Positions 10,305 through 21,936 of a stretch of DNA of 64,000 nucleotides are shown here, piece after piece. Under the pieces are notes generated by a model. The model saw only the letters and a list, made by a program, of their open reading frames with translations. It was not told the DNA's origin and ran no database searches. The DNA lies in contig CAXXTB010000001.1 in NCBI GenBank assembly GCA_963676795.2, positions 640,001-704,000 of the forward strand. Reading direction: 5' to 3'. A program made the translations under genes and the position numbers. Position 1 is the stretch's first letter. Each line of letters starts with the position of its first letter. The DNA comes from Geopsychrobacteraceae bacterium (GTDB lineage Bacteria > Desulfobacterota > Desulfuromonadia > Desulfuromonadales > Geopsychrobacteraceae).

Positions 10305-13028
10305 ATGGCTTACTTTTCTATCCGCAATAAACTGTTCCTTTCCTTTTCGGCGCTGGCTTTTGTGGCCTTGCTTACCAGTTTTTATTTTGTTTATACCACG
10401 GTTGAGAAAAGCCTCCAGGTCTCGATAAATGCCGATCTTCTGAACAGTACGAACCTGATCCGGAATCTTGTTCATACTGTTGCCAAGTCTTCGATAGAAA
10501 ACCATCTTTATGGAATTGCCGAGACCGAGTTGCAGCTGGTTCAAGGGGTTTATGCGGATTATCGACGGGGTCGTTATAGCGAAGATGAAGCGAAAGAGCT
10601 TGCTTCCCGTTTATTGCTGCGCCAGAGGATCGGAGTCACCGGGTACACCTATTGTCTGAACAGCGCAGGAATTGTTGCCGTTCATCGAGACAAGGGGGTG
10701 GAGGGGACCGATGTTTCAGGGTATGGCTTTGTTCAGAGTCAGTTAAAGCTCAAATCAGGTTACCTTGAATACAAATGGAAGAATCCGGATGAATCCACAG
10801 CCCGAGAAAAAGCCTTGTACATGAGTTATTTTCCGGAATGGGATTGGATTATCTCGGTTTCTGCCTATAAAAGTGAGTTTGCCTATCTGATCGATCTGAA
10901 CAACATCAGTGCTGCTTTGGGCAAGGTGAGTTTTGGCAGGACAGGCTATCCTTTTATTCTCGCTGCTGACGGGACCTTTATTTATCACCCCCGGATTTTC
11001 GGCAATGTTTTCGAAATGGATTTTTCTCGCGAAGGGTTAGAGACTTTAAGAGAGGTTATCCATAAGGGGAGTGGTTCTCTCAGGTACAAATGGAAGGACC
11101 CGGGTGATACTGGTTTCCGCGAGAAAATAGCCATATTTGAACCTATTGAAGACTATGGCTGGTATGCGGGAACGACAGCATATATCGATGAGCTTTACTC
11201 GCCTCTGGTCCGGATTCGCAATATCTTCATAGGCATTTTTATTGCGTATCTGTTTCTGAACCTGTTGGCCAGTTATGTTTTGAGCTCGCTGTTTTCAAGG
11301 CCGCTCAGGGTTCTGATGGCCAATCTGAGCAGGCAGCAGCCGGAAGCTATCACACCGATACAGGGCCACTTCAGTAATGACGAGATTGGCGGTCTGGCCT
11401 GCTACCTGAATCAATTTATTGATAAGCTGAGTGAATATCATGTCGCACTGACCAATGAAATTGCTGAGCGAAAAGCGAGTGAGAAAGCCCTGCGAACCAG
11501 TGAACAGACATTTTATACTCTGTTCGATAACTCTTTCCAGTTTATCGCATTGCTTGATCGCCAGGGGCGCGTGCACAAAATCAATCAGACAGCATTGAAC
11601 TTTCGCAACCTTAAGACCTCTGACATTGAAGGGATGTTGTTCTGGGAAACCCCCTGGTGGTCTCATTCGGAGGTTTTGGTCAAGCAGCTTAAGAGTGCGA
11701 TTGAGGAGGCTCTTACTGGGCGGACAGCACGTTTTGAAGCGCACAGTACCGCGGTTAGGGACATCTATCTCGATATCACTGTCAAGCCGGTTATCGATGA
11801 TGCTGGGGATGTTGTCTATCTGATTGCTGAAGCGCGTGATGTCAGTGAGATCCGCCGGGCAGAAAAAGAGTTGCAACAGGCTCAGAAGATGGAATCGGTT
11901 GGTATGCTGGCTGGTGGGATCGCCCATGATTTTAACAATGCCCTGTCCGGTATTCTGGGAACGATCGATCTGCTTAAATTTAAACATTCGTCGGGCAAAG
12001 CGGTCGAGATCGAAGCTTTGTTCGAGCATCTCGATAGGATTTCGACAGCGGCGTTTCGGGCCAGAGATATTGTCAATAAACTGCTGACTCTGTCAAAAAA
12101 GAATGATTTTGAATTTGTTGCGGTCGATCTTCGGGATATATTGCAAGATGTAGGGCTTATCGCCAGAAATTCGTTCGATAAATCGATTTTCATAGAAGAG
12201 AGCTTTGAAGGAAGTGCCAGGGTTCTGGCTGACCAGAACAGCCTGGAACAGGTTTTTCTCAACCTCTATATCAATTCGGCCCACGCCATGACCCTGATGC
12301 GCAAAGAAGGAAACCCCTGGGGCGGGGTACTCAAGGTCGGCTATGCCAGAGTTTGCCGGGAAGCCGGGGATGGGCTTGCCGGTGGAGATTACTGGTGTGT
12401 GTCGATCAGTGATACCGGAGTCGGGATTCCTGCTGCGAACCTGGAGCGGATATTCGATCCGTTTTTCACTACCAAGAGCAAAGGTGTCGGGTCCGGTTTG
12501 GGGCTGGCGATGGTTTACAATATCGTTCGCCAGCATGGTGGTTTTGTCGAGATTGAGTCTCATCTCGGTGAAGGGACTGAGTTCCGCATCTGTTTGCCAG
12601 CCTCGGAGGAAGTGGTTTCCCAGGAGGAGAATGCTGCGGTTCCGGTCGCGGTGGACGGCGAGGAAACAATCCTGGTCATCGATGACGAAGAGCTGCTGCG
12701 GATCAACGCTCGGGAGTTTCTGGATATTTGTGGATATAAGGTGCTGCTGGCCGCAGATGGTGCGGAAGGGGTTGAGATCTATCGCCAGCATCAGCTGGAT
12801 ATTGATGCCGTCCTGCTCGATCTGGTCATGCCGGTGATGTCGGGCAAGGAGACCTATTTTGCCCTGAAAGAGATTAATCCACGGGTCAAGGTTCTGTTTT
12901 CCTCAGGTTTCCGTCAGGATGCGCGGGTCGAAGAAATTATGGCCGCCGGAGCAAATGGCTTTATTCAGAAGCCCTATTCGCTCTATAATCTGTCACAGGG
13001 AATAAACAAGATCCTGCACGAAGAATAA
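10305..13028 (+). CDS. Hybrid histidine kinase (tandem Cache-HAMP-PAS-HisKA-HATPase-REC)
   Basis: Two Cache repeats (GVTGYTY...YKWKNP; GRTGYPF...YKWKDP); [28 protein letters not shown]. Start placed at ATG 10305. Confidence 0.92.
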   Translation: MAYFSIRNKLFLSFSALAFVALLTSFYFVYTTVEKSLQVSINADLLNSTNLIRNLVHTVAKSSIENHLYGIAETELQLVQGVYADYRRGRYSEDEAKELASRLLLRQRIGVTGYTYCLNSAGIVAVHRDKGVEGTDVSGYGFVQSQLKLKSGYLEYKWKNPDESTAREKALYMSYFPEWDWIISVSAYKSEFAYLIDLNNISAALGKVSFGRTGYPFILAADGTFIYHPRIFGNVFEMDFSREGLETLREVIHKGSGSLRYKWKDPGDTGFREKIAIFEPIEDYGWYAGTTAYIDELYSPLVRIRNIFIGIFIAYLFLNLLASYVLSSLFSRPLRVLMANLSRQQPEAITPIQGHFSNDEIGGLACYLNQFIDKLSEYHVALTNEIAERKASEKALRTSEQTFYTLFDNSFQFIALLDRQGRVHKINQTALNFRNLKTSDIEGMLFWETPWWSHSEVLVKQLKSAIEEALTGRTARFEAHSTAVRDIYLDITVKPVIDDAGDVVYLIAEARDVSEIRRAEKELQQAQKMESVGMLAGGIAHDFNNALSGILGTIDLLKFKHSSGKAVEIEALFEHLDRISTAAFRARDIVNKLLTLSKKNDFEFVAVDLRDILQDVGLIARNSFDKSIFIEESFEGSARVLADQNSLEQVFLNLYINSAHAMTLMRKEGNPWGGVLKVGYARVCREAGDGLAGGDYWCVSISDTGVGIPAANLERIFDPFFTTKSKGVGSGLGLAMVYNIVRQHGGFVEIESHLGEGTEFRICLPASEEVVSQEENAAVPVAVDGEETILVIDDEELLRINAREFLDICGYKVLLAADGAEGVEIYRQHQLDIDAVLLDLVMPVMSGKETYFALKEINPRVKVLFSSGFRQDARVEEIMAAGANGFIQKPYSLYNLSQGINKILHEE

Positions 13029-13061
13029 AAGAACTGTTCAGCGAATCTATAGGGGGGGCCT

Positions 13062-13334
13062 ATGAAGAAGATCGCCTGTTACGTTTTTTTCGCTTTCTCG
13101 AGCATTCTTATCGCGTCACTGTTTGTTGTCGATCTGCTCTACGCCGGATCGGTGCGCAGATTTGGCGTCTCTGTCCTGTTGTTCATTCTCGGCTTTATCT
13201 TCATTCTGTTCAAAGATGACCTGCTCGGAGAAGATCCGGACGGCGAAAGCCTGGCCCGGGTGATTGTGCCCGGCGGGGGACTTCTGGCGCTGTTTTTTGC
13301 GGGGTTCTTTCTCGTCAGTAATTTCCTCAGCTGA
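13062..13334 (+). CDS. Small hypothetical membrane protein (3 TM)
   Basis: 90 aa hydrophobic ORF with a G-rich RBS. Confidence 0.6.
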   Translation: MKKIACYVFFAFSSILIASLFVVDLLYAGSVRRFGVSVLLFILGFIFILFKDDLLGEDPDGESLARVIVPGGGLLALFFAGFFLVSNFLS

Positions 13335-13359
13335 TGAATTTCCTGCTCCGAAACAGGGG

Positions 13360-13764
13360 TCAGTTCTTCAGGTTCTTCTCTTCCGCCCGACCTTCAAGAT
13401 CTTCCAGGGCGATCTCGATCGCTCTGGTGCTGATGACAATCTCGAGCAGGGCGCAGAGCAGAGAGGTGACCAGCAGGAACAGGCTGGTACCGAAGGCCAG
13501 TTCTGCATACCTGGTGTAGTGCCAGAAAATCAACAGCATCGACAGGGCGCAGAGCACGAAACTCAGTACGCCGAGTCCCTGCATCGCCTTGATCAGCAGC
13601 AGGCGCAGCCTCAGGTTGTTGATCTGACGGACGATATGGTCGTCCATCTTGGTGTCGGCGTGCAGCTGGCGGATCAGTTGGGCGAGCACGATAAAACGGT
13701 TTGTGTAGGCCAGTAAAAGTAGTGAAATTGCGGGAAAAAGCAGTGCCGGAGTCGTCAGATCCAT
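13360..13764 (-). CDS. DUF2721-family membrane protein
   Basis: N-terminal TPALLFPAISLLLLAYTNRF signature. Confidence 0.85.
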   Translation of the reverse strand: MDLTTPALLFPAISLLLLAYTNRFIVLAQLIRQLHADTKMDDHIVRQINNLRLRLLLIKAMQGLGVLSFVLCALSMLLIFWHYTRYAELAFGTSLFLLVTSLLCALLEIVISTRAIEIALEDLEGRAEEKNLKN

Positions 13765-14079
13765 TGTTTTTAATTAACCTTTAAAACAGCTTTTTTGTTG
13801 ACGTAAAAGCTGGTCAATGGCACTTTCTGCCTTTATGGTTCAGTCTCATGGTCGTTCCATGGCGGCAAGGTTGCCGGGTCGTTGAGGTGCTTTGTCTGTA
13901 CATAGTATAAGGCCTCTGCGGATTATAGAGTAGGTCTCTTCTGTGTTTTTATCTGTGTTCCATCATCAGAAAACCAAGGTCCCAGTAACAAGTGTCCCCC
14001 GGATCTGAACCCGGAATTTATGTAATTACACAAGGCTGTCTGTATTGCATGGCAACTTTTGTGGCGGTATAGTCGCACT

Positions 14080-15009
14080 ATGAATGCGCTGGAAATTGAA
14101 AATCTGGAAAAGTCGTTTGAGGGTAAACCTGCGGTCAAAGGGATCTCCTTCACTATCGAGCAGGGTGAGATCTTTGGTCTGCTCGGTCCCAACGGCGCCG
14201 GTAAGAGTACCACGATCAACATGATCGCCGGGGTTTCCCGGGTCGGCTCCGGGCAGATCCGCGCCTTTGGCTACGACAACCAGAAGGACTATCGCCAGAC
14301 CCGGCGTCAGATCGGTGTTGTTCATCAGGAGATCGTGATGGACAACTTTTTTACCATCGATCAGGCGCTCAGGCTGCACGCGGGGTATTACGGCGTCAAG
14401 GATGATCCTGAATGGCGCAAGCTGTTGATCGATCGCCTGGCACTGAAGCCGCACCTTGATAAGACCATGGTCAAGCTGTCCGGTGGCATGAAGCGCCGCT
14501 TTATGATCGCCAAGGCCCTGATCCACCGTCCCCGGCTGTTGATTCTCGATGAGCCGACTGCTGGTGTTGACGTCGAACTGCGCCATAGTCTGTGGGATTT
14601 CGTCCGTGACATCAATCACCAAGGGACGACGATCCTGCTGACCACCCATTATCTCGAAGAAGCTGAACAGATGTGCGACCGGATCGCCATCATGAATCAC
14701 GGTGAGCTGATCGCCATGGACAAGACCCATGAACTGGTGCGTCGGTTGTCGAACCGTCAGCTCAAGTTCTGGCTTGAGGCGCGGATTCTTGAGATTCCGG
14801 CCGGGCTGGAGATCTATTCGCCGAAGCTCAAGGAAGACGGCACCTTGCTGCTGCTCAATCTGCCGGCGGGAGAGAGTGCCGGGGTGCTGCTCGGGCAGGT
14901 CTGTCACCTGGGGCTGAAGATCCGTGACCTGGAAACCGATCAGAGTGGCCTTGAAGAGGTGTTTATCCAGTTGACCGGAATGAACAGCGGAGGCGCCCGT
15001 GACGCCTAA
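14080..15009 (+). CDS. ABC-2 transporter ATP-binding protein (YadG-like)
   Basis: GPNGAGKST, LSGGMKRR, LILDEPT and LLTTHY. Confidence 0.92.
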   Translation: MNALEIENLEKSFEGKPAVKGISFTIEQGEIFGLLGPNGAGKSTTINMIAGVSRVGSGQIRAFGYDNQKDYRQTRRQIGVVHQEIVMDNFFTIDQALRLHAGYYGVKDDPEWRKLLIDRLALKPHLDKTMVKLSGGMKRRFMIAKALIHRPRLLILDEPTAGVDVELRHSLWDFVRDINHQGTTILLTTHYLEEAEQMCDRIAIMNHGELIAMDKTHELVRRLSNRQLKFWLEARILEIPAGLEIYSPKLKEDGTLLLLNLPAGESAGVLLGQVCHLGLKIRDLETDQSGLEEVFIQLTGMNSGGARDA

Positions 15010-15787
15010 CGATTTCAGCCGGTTCAACTCCTGGTTGCCATTTCTGACCCTGCTCAAGAAAGAGATTCTGCGTTTCTGGCGGGTTGCGTCGCAGACCCTG
15101 CTGACGCCGATTGTTACCGCATCGCTCTACCTGTTTGTCTTTGGTGCGACGCTGGGACAGCGCTTGAGTGTTGTCGAAGGGTTGAGCTATGCCCAGTTTG
15201 TTATTCCCGGGTTGATTATCATGGGGGTGATCAACAATTCCTTCGCCAATACCTCGTCGTCGCTGTTTGTCTCGCGTTATCTCGGTGGTATTGTCGATCT
15301 GCTGGTGACGCCGGTTTCGCCGCCGCAGTTTATTCTGGCCTATACTCTGGCTGCGATGCTGCGTGGCCTGCTGGTCGGTACGGTGGTCTGGCTGATCTCG
15401 CTGCTGTTTGCTACGCTCCCCTGGGAAACGCCGCTTATGGCGGTGCTGATGGCCATGGTGGCAAGCTTTACCTTTGCCCAGTTCGGCCTGATTGCGGCAA
15501 TTTACGCACATAATTTCGACACCCTGTCGATGTATAACAATTTTCTGATTCTGCCGCTGATCTATCTCGGTGGGGTCTTTTATCCGATTTCGATCCTGCC
15601 CGATCCCTGGGGCAAGCTGTCGTACCTGAATCCGTTGTTCTACCTGATCGACGGATTCCGCCATGCGATCATCGGCATCGGCGATACGACCCTGGCAGTC
15701 TCTTTCGGGGTAAGTCTTGGTTTGGGAATCGCCCTCTTTGTCTGGGCGTCCTGGCTGATCGGTAAGGGTTACAGGTTGCGCAGCTGA
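14999..15787 (+). CDS. ABC-2 transporter permease (YadH-like)
   Basis: KEILRFWR...YAQFVIPGLIIM...YLGGVFY...LNPLFYLIDGFR. Confidence 0.9.
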   Translation: MTPNDFSRFNSWLPFLTLLKKEILRFWRVASQTLLTPIVTASLYLFVFGATLGQRLSVVEGLSYAQFVIPGLIIMGVINNSFANTSSSLFVSRYLGGIVDLLVTPVSPPQFILAYTLAAMLRGLLVGTVVWLISLLFATLPWETPLMAVLMAMVASFTFAQFGLIAAIYAHNFDTLSMYNNFLILPLIYLGGVFYPISILPDPWGKLSYLNPLFYLIDGFRHAIIGIGDTTLAVSFGVSLGLGIALFVWASWLIGKGYRLRS

Positions 15788-15813
15788 TTGGAGCTGCATG
15801 GAGGCATACTGCA

Positions 15814-16698
15814 ATGATGCATGATCATTTGGTTCGGGTTGTCAGTCAGGACGGCCTGCTGCGCGGAGCGGTTGCGGTAACAACCGGGCTGGTTACGGAG
15901 GTCTGCCGGCGGCAAGAGACCGATCTGACCGCAACGGTTGCCCTTGGTCGATTGCTGACCGGCGGGGCTCTGCTTGGTTGTCTGCTCAAGGGAAAACAGC
16001 GCCTGGCCCTGATGGTTGAAGGGAACGGTCCGCTGCAGCGGCTGAGTGTCGAGGCTGATGCTGAGGGGCGGATTCGCGGAACGGTGCGTAACCCGGTTGC
16101 CGGCCTGCCACCAAAGGACGATCGTTTTGATGTCGCTGGAGCGATCGGCAGAGCGGGTTTTTTGCATGTCTGGAAGGACTTGGGACTCAAAGAGCCTTAC
16201 CAGAGTATGGTTCAGTTGCAGAGCAGTGAGATCGGTGAGGATCTGGCCTGGTATCTGACCCGTTCCGAGCAGGTGCCATCGTCGATCGGCCTGGGGGTTG
16301 AACTGGATTCAGCCGGAGCCGTTGCCGCCGCTGGGGGATTTATGGTTCAGGCGTTGCCACCGGGTGATGAACAGCGGGTTGCTGCCCTGGCCGAGCGTCT
16401 TTCCGGGTTGACGCCGATCACCAGCATGCTGCGCCAGGGGATGTCGACAGGGGAGATCCTGAAGGCTATCTTCGGTGCTGAAGATTTCCTCATTCAGGAG
16501 GAGTTTCCGGTCCGTTTTCACTGCCCCTGCTCAAAAGATTATATCTCGGGGGTGCTGCTTGGGCTGGGAGCTGAGGAGCTGAAAAATATTCTGGCCGAGC
16601 AGGGTTCGGCGCAGGTGACTTGCGAATATTGTCGGGAGCGTTATGATTTTGATGGGCCTGCGCTGGAGAAGATCATTGAACAGGCTAACGGCTCTTGA
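15814..16698 (+). CDS. hslO: Hsp33 redox-regulated chaperone
   Basis: ALGRLLTG, SEQVPS and AGGFMVQ; C-terminal zinc motif CPC...CEYC. Confidence 0.93.
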   Translation: MMHDHLVRVVSQDGLLRGAVAVTTGLVTEVCRRQETDLTATVALGRLLTGGALLGCLLKGKQRLALMVEGNGPLQRLSVEADAEGRIRGTVRNPVAGLPPKDDRFDVAGAIGRAGFLHVWKDLGLKEPYQSMVQLQSSEIGEDLAWYLTRSEQVPSSIGLGVELDSAGAVAAAGGFMVQALPPGDEQRVAALAERLSGLTPITSMLRQGMSTGEILKAIFGAEDFLIQEEFPVRFHCPCSKDYISGVLLGLGAEELKNILAEQGSAQVTCEYCRERYDFDGPALEKIIEQANGS

Positions 16699-16837
16699 AC
16701 CCCGAGGCCGGATTCGGACGAAACTGATCTGTTTGCTGAAATACTGTTAGGGGTGTGTTTTTGTCACGTTCTGTCGCTCGATTAATTAATAACGTATTGT
16801 AATATAGCAATAAATAGCTTGTGTTTGGACTGTCTTT

Positions 16838-16854
16838 CTGTATACTGTATGCAG
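16838..16854. promoter_or_regulatory. Palindromic operator candidate upstream of nuoA
   Basis: CTGTATAC-T-GTATGCAG (7/8 arm match) just upstream of TTGACA at 16866-16871. Confidence 0.45.
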
Positions 16855-16971
16855 TGAAAATTGCTTGACAGCATGTCTGAAAGTGTCCTAATTTTCAGCG
16901 CTTAGAACGCGTTGTACGATTTCTGCCCGGCCTCTGGCCAGGCGATGCATCAAAAGAAGGAGCTGTTGTCT

Positions 16972-17328
16972 ATGCTGGATATCTATTTGCCGGTTATCGT
17001 CGTGATCGGCATCGCCTTCGCTTTCGCCATCGGTTCGGTCGTCATGTCCCGCCTGGTCGGGGTCAAAAAGCCCAGCAAGGTCAAGCTGGCTCCCTATGAA
17101 TGCGGGATGCCACTGCTCAGTTCGGCTCAGGAACGCTTTTCCATCAAATTCTACATCATCGCGATGTTGTTCATCCTCTTTGATATTGAGGCGGTCTTCC
17201 TTTACCCCTGGGCGGTCATCTTCAAGCGACTCGGGGTCTTCGGCTTTGTAGAGATGGGCGTTTTTATCATCATTCTGCTGGTCGGTTATATCTATGTCTG
17301 GAAAAAAGGAGCTCTGGAATGGGAGTAG
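16972..17328 (+). CDS. nuoA: NADH-quinone oxidoreductase subunit A
   Basis: PYECG and [24 protein letters not shown]. Confidence 0.96.
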   Translation: MLDIYLPVIVVIGIAFAFAIGSVVMSRLVGVKKPSKVKLAPYECGMPLLSSAQERFSIKFYIIAMLFILFDIEAVFLYPWAVIFKRLGVFGFVEMGVFIIILLVGYIYVWKKGALEWE

Positions 17329-17831
17329 AGCAACCCAAAACCCTCGGTAACGGCTTTATTACCACCAGTCTCGATAAGCTGGTCAACTGGTCACGCGCCA
17401 GTTCCATGTGGCCGATGACCTTCGGTCTGGCCTGCTGCGCTATCGAAATGATGGCCGCCGGTGCGGCCCGTTTTGACCTGGACCGGATGGGGATTCTGTT
17501 CCGCGCTTCACCGCGCCAGGCTGACGTTATTATCATCGCCGGGACCGTCACCAAGAAGATGTTGCCGGTTATCCAGACCGTTTACGAGCAGATGCCTGAG
17601 CCGCGCTACGTTATTGCTATGGGTGCCTGTGCGTCATCCGGCGGTATTTTCGATACCTACAGCACCGTGCAGGGGATTGACGAGGCGCTGCCTGTCGATG
17701 TCTATGTCCCGGGTTGCCCGCCGCGTCCAGAAGGCCTGCTCTACGGTCTGATGAAACTGCAGGAAAAGATCAAGCGCGAGCGCAATACCTTTGGCGCGGC
17801 GATCGGTGTCGGCGAAGTTATCCGCGATTAA
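17319..17831 (+). CDS. nuoB: NADH-quinone oxidoreductase subunit B
   Basis: [10 protein letters not shown] and [10 protein letters not shown]. Confidence 0.97.
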   Translation: MGVEQPKTLGNGFITTSLDKLVNWSRASSMWPMTFGLACCAIEMMAAGAARFDLDRMGILFRASPRQADVIIIAGTVTKKMLPVIQTVYEQMPEPRYVIAMGACASSGGIFDTYSTVQGIDEALPVDVYVPGCPPRPEGLLYGLMKLQEKIKRERNTFGAAIGVGEVIRD

Positions 17832-17843
17832 CAGGACAAACAC

Positions 17844-18326
17844 ATGAGCGTTCAGCAAATAGTAGAAAAGATCAAGGCGAATTTCTCCTCAGAGGTACTC
17901 AACGTTGTCGAGTACCGGGGTGAGACGACGGTCACGGTCAACAAGGAGCAGATCGTCGAGATTTGCCGTTTCATGCGTGACGACTGTGGCTTCAACCTGC
18001 TCTGCGACCTCTGTGGGGTCGATTATCTGGGGCAGGAACCGCGCTTCATGGTTGTTTACAACCTTTACAACATCACCACCAAGCAGCGCATCCGTATCAA
18101 GGCGCAGGTTTTTGAACCGGCTGCCTCCATCGATAGCGTTTCGGGGGTCTGGGGTACTGCCAACTGGCACGAGCGGGAGTGCTGGGACCTGATGGGCATC
18201 GTCTTCAACGGTCATCCCGATCCGCGCCGGATTCTCATGCCGGACGATTGGGAAGGTCATCCGCTGCGCAAGGACTACCCGGTTCAGGGGCCGGACCGCG
18301 AGCCGTACAAGGGCCGCCTGTCTTGA
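17844..18326 (+). CDS. nuoC: NADH-quinone oxidoreductase subunit C
   Basis: ANWHERECWDLMG...GHPLRKDYP. Confidence 0.96.
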   Translation: MSVQQIVEKIKANFSSEVLNVVEYRGETTVTVNKEQIVEICRFMRDDCGFNLLCDLCGVDYLGQEPRFMVVYNLYNITTKQRIRIKAQVFEPAASIDSVSGVWGTANWHERECWDLMGIVFNGHPDPRRILMPDDWEGHPLRKDYPVQGPDREPYKGRLS

Positions 18327-18360
18327 TAACGTATAACTCCTTAATTGGGTGAGGCATACA

Positions 18361-19545
18361 ATGGCTGCAAATACCACAGAAACAATGACTATCAACATGG
18401 GACCTCAGCACCCCTCGACTCACGGGGTTCTGCGTCTGGTTCTTGAGCTTGATGGAGAAATTGTCAAGAAGGTGACGCCGCACATCGGCTTCCTTCACCG
18501 TGGGGTGGAAAAACTCTCCGAGCACCGGACCTATCATCAGGTCATTCCGCTGACCGACCGCCTCGATTATCTGGCACCGATGAGCAACAACCTCGGTTAC
18601 GTCATGGCCGTCGAGAAGCTGCTCGGCATCATCGACCAGATTCCTGAGCGGGCCAAGCGCATCCGTGTCATCATGGCCGAGCTGACCAGGCTCAAGAGTC
18701 ATCTGGTCTGGCTGGCGACCCACGCTCTTGATATCGGAGCGATGACCGTCTTTCTCTACTGTTTCCGCGAGCGTGAGGAGATCATCGATATTTACGAGAA
18801 GGTGTCCGGCGCCCGGATGACCTCCAACTATTTCCGCGTTGGCGGCCTGTCGATGGACCTCCCCGCCGGACTGGAGCAGGAAATCCGCGAGTTCACCGAG
18901 AAGATGCCGGCTCATATCGATGAATACGAAGGCTTGTTGACCGGTAACAAGATCTGGCAGAAACGGACCATTGGTGTCGGTCAGATCAGTGCTGAAGCGG
19001 CCATCGATATCGGCATCACCGGACCAGCTCTGCGCGGTTCCGGCGTCGACTGGGACCTGCGCCGCGATAACCCCTACTGCGGTTACGAAGACTACGATTT
19101 CGATGTGCCGGTGCGCAACGAAGGGGATACCTTTGCCCGCTACAAGGTGCGTCTTGATGAGATGCGCCAGTCCTGCCGGATTATTCTTCAGGCTCTCGAC
19201 AAGCTCAAAGAGGGGCCGATCCTGGCCGATTGTCCGAAAGTGGTTCTGCCGCCGAAGAAGGACGTCGTCAACACCATTGAGGGGCTGATCCACCACTTCA
19301 AGATCATCACCGAAGGGTTCAAGCCGGAACCGGGTGAGATTTACCAGAGTGTCGAGGCTCCGAAAGGGGAACTCGGTTACTACATCGTTTCCGACGGAAG
19401 CAATCATCCTTACCGGATGAAGATCAGGCCGCCGTCGTTCGTTAATCTGCAGGGACTGCCGCAGATGGTCGAAGGGCGGATGCTGGCGGATGTTATCGCC
19501 GTTATCGGTACGCTGGATGTTGTCTTGGGAGAGATCGACCGTTAA
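18361..19545 (+). CDS. nuoD: NADH-quinone oxidoreductase subunit D
   Basis: NMGPQHPSTHGVLR and C-terminal GEIDR. Confidence 0.97.
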   Translation: MAANTTETMTINMGPQHPSTHGVLRLVLELDGEIVKKVTPHIGFLHRGVEKLSEHRTYHQVIPLTDRLDYLAPMSNNLGYVMAVEKLLGIIDQIPERAKRIRVIMAELTRLKSHLVWLATHALDIGAMTVFLYCFREREEIIDIYEKVSGARMTSNYFRVGGLSMDLPAGLEQEIREFTEKMPAHIDEYEGLLTGNKIWQKRTIGVGQISAEAAIDIGITGPALRGSGVDWDLRRDNPYCGYEDYDFDVPVRNEGDTFARYKVRLDEMRQSCRIILQALDKLKEGPILADCPKVVLPPKKDVVNTIEGLIHHFKIITEGFKPEPGEIYQSVEAPKGELGYYIVSDGSNHPYRMKIRPPSFVNLQGLPQMVEGRMLADVIAVIGTLDVVLGEIDR

Positions 19546-19566
19546 TCAACGGATGTGAGGGCTGAT

Positions 19567-20076
19567 ATGACAGAACATGCAGGACAAGCTACAGAGGAAG
19601 TTGTTGCAGAAGAGGTCGATTTGACCGCAGCAAACGAGGTCATCGACAAATACCTGACGATGCCGGGAAATCTGATGCCGGTTCTGCAGGGGATCCAGGA
19701 AGCCTACGGCTATGTGCCTGAAGCGGCCGTCGATCTGGCGGCGGAACGTCTCAATGTCTATCCGAGTCAGATCTACGGGGTTCTGACCTTTTATGCCCAG
19801 TTTCATCTCAAACCGCGTGGCAAGTATATCGTCAGGGTCTGTATGGGGACCGCCTGCCACGTCAAAGGGGCCGGCCGGATTGCCGACACCCTGGCCGACC
19901 GACTCGGTGTCCGTCATGCGGAAACCACCGAGGATCTCAAGTTTACTGCCGAATATGTCGCCTGTATCGGTGCCTGCGGTATGGCGCCGGTTATCATGGT
20001 CAACGATGGCACCTACGGCAGCATGACCGTCCAGAAGATGGACGAGGTTATCGCCAAGTACAAAGCGATGGACTAA
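19567..20076 (+). CDS. nuoE: NADH-quinone oxidoreductase subunit E
   Basis: VCMGTACHVKG...ACIGACGMAP [2Fe-2S] motif. Confidence 0.95.
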   Translation: MTEHAGQATEEVVAEEVDLTAANEVIDKYLTMPGNLMPVLQGIQEAYGYVPEAAVDLAAERLNVYPSQIYGVLTFYAQFHLKPRGKYIVRVCMGTACHVKGAGRIADTLADRLGVRHAETTEDLKFTAEYVACIGACGMAPVIMVNDGTYGSMTVQKMDEVIAKYKAMD

Positions 20077-20124
20077 CGGGCTGATGGATGCAGATGGCTT
20101 ACAGCGCACCAACGAGGAGTGGCT

Positions 20125-21906
20125 ATGTCCGAAACTGCTGAGAACCTGAAAATTCTGGTCTGCACCGGGACCGGCGGCCTGGCGTCCGGGGCGGCCGAGG
20201 TGGTCAAGGCTTTTGAAGCTGAATTCGAAAAGCATGGTGTTGCCGGCAAGATCGGCAATGCCTGCGATGTCAACGGCACTGGTTGTCGTGGCCTGTGTGC
20301 CAATGACGTACTGGTTGATGTCTGTATGCCCGGGCAGGAGCCGGTGACCTACGATTTCGTCACGCCGGAACTGGTTCCGCAGATCGTCGAGGGGCATATC
20401 CTTGGTGAAGGGCCGCTGGAGAAGAAGGTTGCCGGTCCCTATTACGGTAAATTTCTCGAGAAGCAGCAGCGGATCATCTTCTCCCGCTGCGGCACTATCG
20501 ATGCTGAAAGTCTCGATGATTTTCTCGCACACAAGGGGTTTACCGGCATCCGCAAAGCGGTCAAGATGACGCCTGACGAGGTCATCGAAGAGGTCAAGAA
20601 GGCCGGCCTGCGCGGACGTGGCGGCGGCGGATTTCCGACCGGGGTCAAGTGGTCCTTCTGCAAGGCTTCGCCGGGCGATTACAAGTATTTGATCTGCAAC
20701 GCCGACGAAGGGGATCCTGGTGCCTTTATGGATCGTTCGATCCTCGAAGGTGACCCCTACGGTGTTATCGAGGGGATGATGATCGCCGCCTACGCCATCG
20801 GCTGCCGTAACGGTTACGTCTATGTCCGTGCCGAGTACCCGCTGGCGATCAAACGTCTGCAGAAGGCGATCGATACCTGTGTCGAAAAGGGGATCCTCGG
20901 ACCGGACTGCATGGGCCTGGGCTTTGAGTTCAACCTGCGTATCAAGGCCGGTGCCGGGGCTTTCGTCTGTGGTGAAGAGACGGCGCTGATGGCCTCGATC
21001 GAGGGGCAACGGGGCATGTCGCGGCCGCGGCCGCCATTCCCGGCGGTCAGAGGCTTATGGGGCAAACCGACCAACATCAACAACGTCGAGACCTTCGCCA
21101 ACGTCTCTTACATCTTCTACAACGGTGCGGACTGGTACAGCTCGATCGGGACCGATGGGACCAAGGGGACCAAGATCTTTGCTCTGACCGGCAAGGTCAA
21201 GCATACCGGTCTGGTCGAGGTTCCGGCCGGTACGACGATGAAGGAGGTCATCTACGACGTCTGCGGCGGTATCCTTAACAACCGCAAGTTCAAGGCGGTA
21301 CAGGCGGGCGGTCCGTCCGGCGGCTGTCTGCCGGAGCATGCGCTGGATGCCGAGGTTGACTACGATTCGCTGATCAAGGCCGGGGCGATGATGGGTTCCG
21401 GTGGTCTGGTCGTCATGGACGAGACGACCTGCATGGTCGACATTGCCCGGTTCTTCCTCAACTTCACCCGGGTTGAGTCGTGCGGCAAGTGCATCCCGTG
21501 CCGGATCGGTCTGAAGATTATGCTCGAAATCCTCGAGCGGATCTGTGCCGGTGAGGGGCGCGAGGGGGATATCGAGCTGCTTGAGGATATGGCCTACGAT
21601 ATCAAGAAGAGTTCACTGTGCGGCTTGGGACAGACGGCACCGAACCCGGTTCTGTCGACGATCCGTTATTTCCGGCATGAGTACGAGGCGCATATTCAGA
21701 AGAAGGAATGTCCGTCTCACTCCTGCAAGCCGCTGCTGCACTTTACGGTCATTGAAGACAAATGTAAAAAATGCGGGATGTGTCCGCGGGTTTGTCCGGT
21801 CGATGCAATCAGCTGGGAGAAGGGGCAGGTGGCGAAGATCGATCTGGACAAATGTACCAGATGTACCTCCTGTTATGATGCCTGCCGTTTCATGGCTATC
21901 GAGTAA
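20125..21906 (+). CDS. nuoF: NADH-quinone oxidoreductase subunit F, long HydB-like form
   Basis: GLRGRGGGGFP, NADEGDPGAFMDR, GGPSGG and ESCGKCIPCR; extra N-terminal thioredoxin-like and C-terminal 2x[4Fe-4S] domains. Confidence 0.95.
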   Translation: MSETAENLKILVCTGTGGLASGAAEVVKAFEAEFEKHGVAGKIGNACDVNGTGCRGLCANDVLVDVCMPGQEPVTYDFVTPELVPQIVEGHILGEGPLEKKVAGPYYGKFLEKQQRIIFSRCGTIDAESLDDFLAHKGFTGIRKAVKMTPDEVIEEVKKAGLRGRGGGGFPTGVKWSFCKASPGDYKYLICNADEGDPGAFMDRSILEGDPYGVIEGMMIAAYAIGCRNGYVYVRAEYPLAIKRLQKAIDTCVEKGILGPDCMGLGFEFNLRIKAGAGAFVCGEETALMASIEGQRGMSRPRPPFPAVRGLWGKPTNINNVETFANVSYIFYNGADWYSSIGTDGTKGTKIFALTGKVKHTGLVEVPAGTTMKEVIYDVCGGILNNRKFKAVQAGGPSGGCLPEHALDAEVDYDSLIKAGAMMGSGGLVVMDETTCMVDIARFFLNFTRVESCGKCIPCRIGLKIMLEILERICAGEGREGDIELLEDMAYDIKKSSLCGLGQTAPNPVLSTIRYFRHEYEAHIQKKECPSHSCKPLLHFTVIEDKCKKCGMCPRVCPVDAISWEKGQVAKIDLDKCTRCTSCYDACRFMAIE

Positions 21907-21936
21907 TTTGCACTTAATGCTTTGCAAGAGGTTGAG

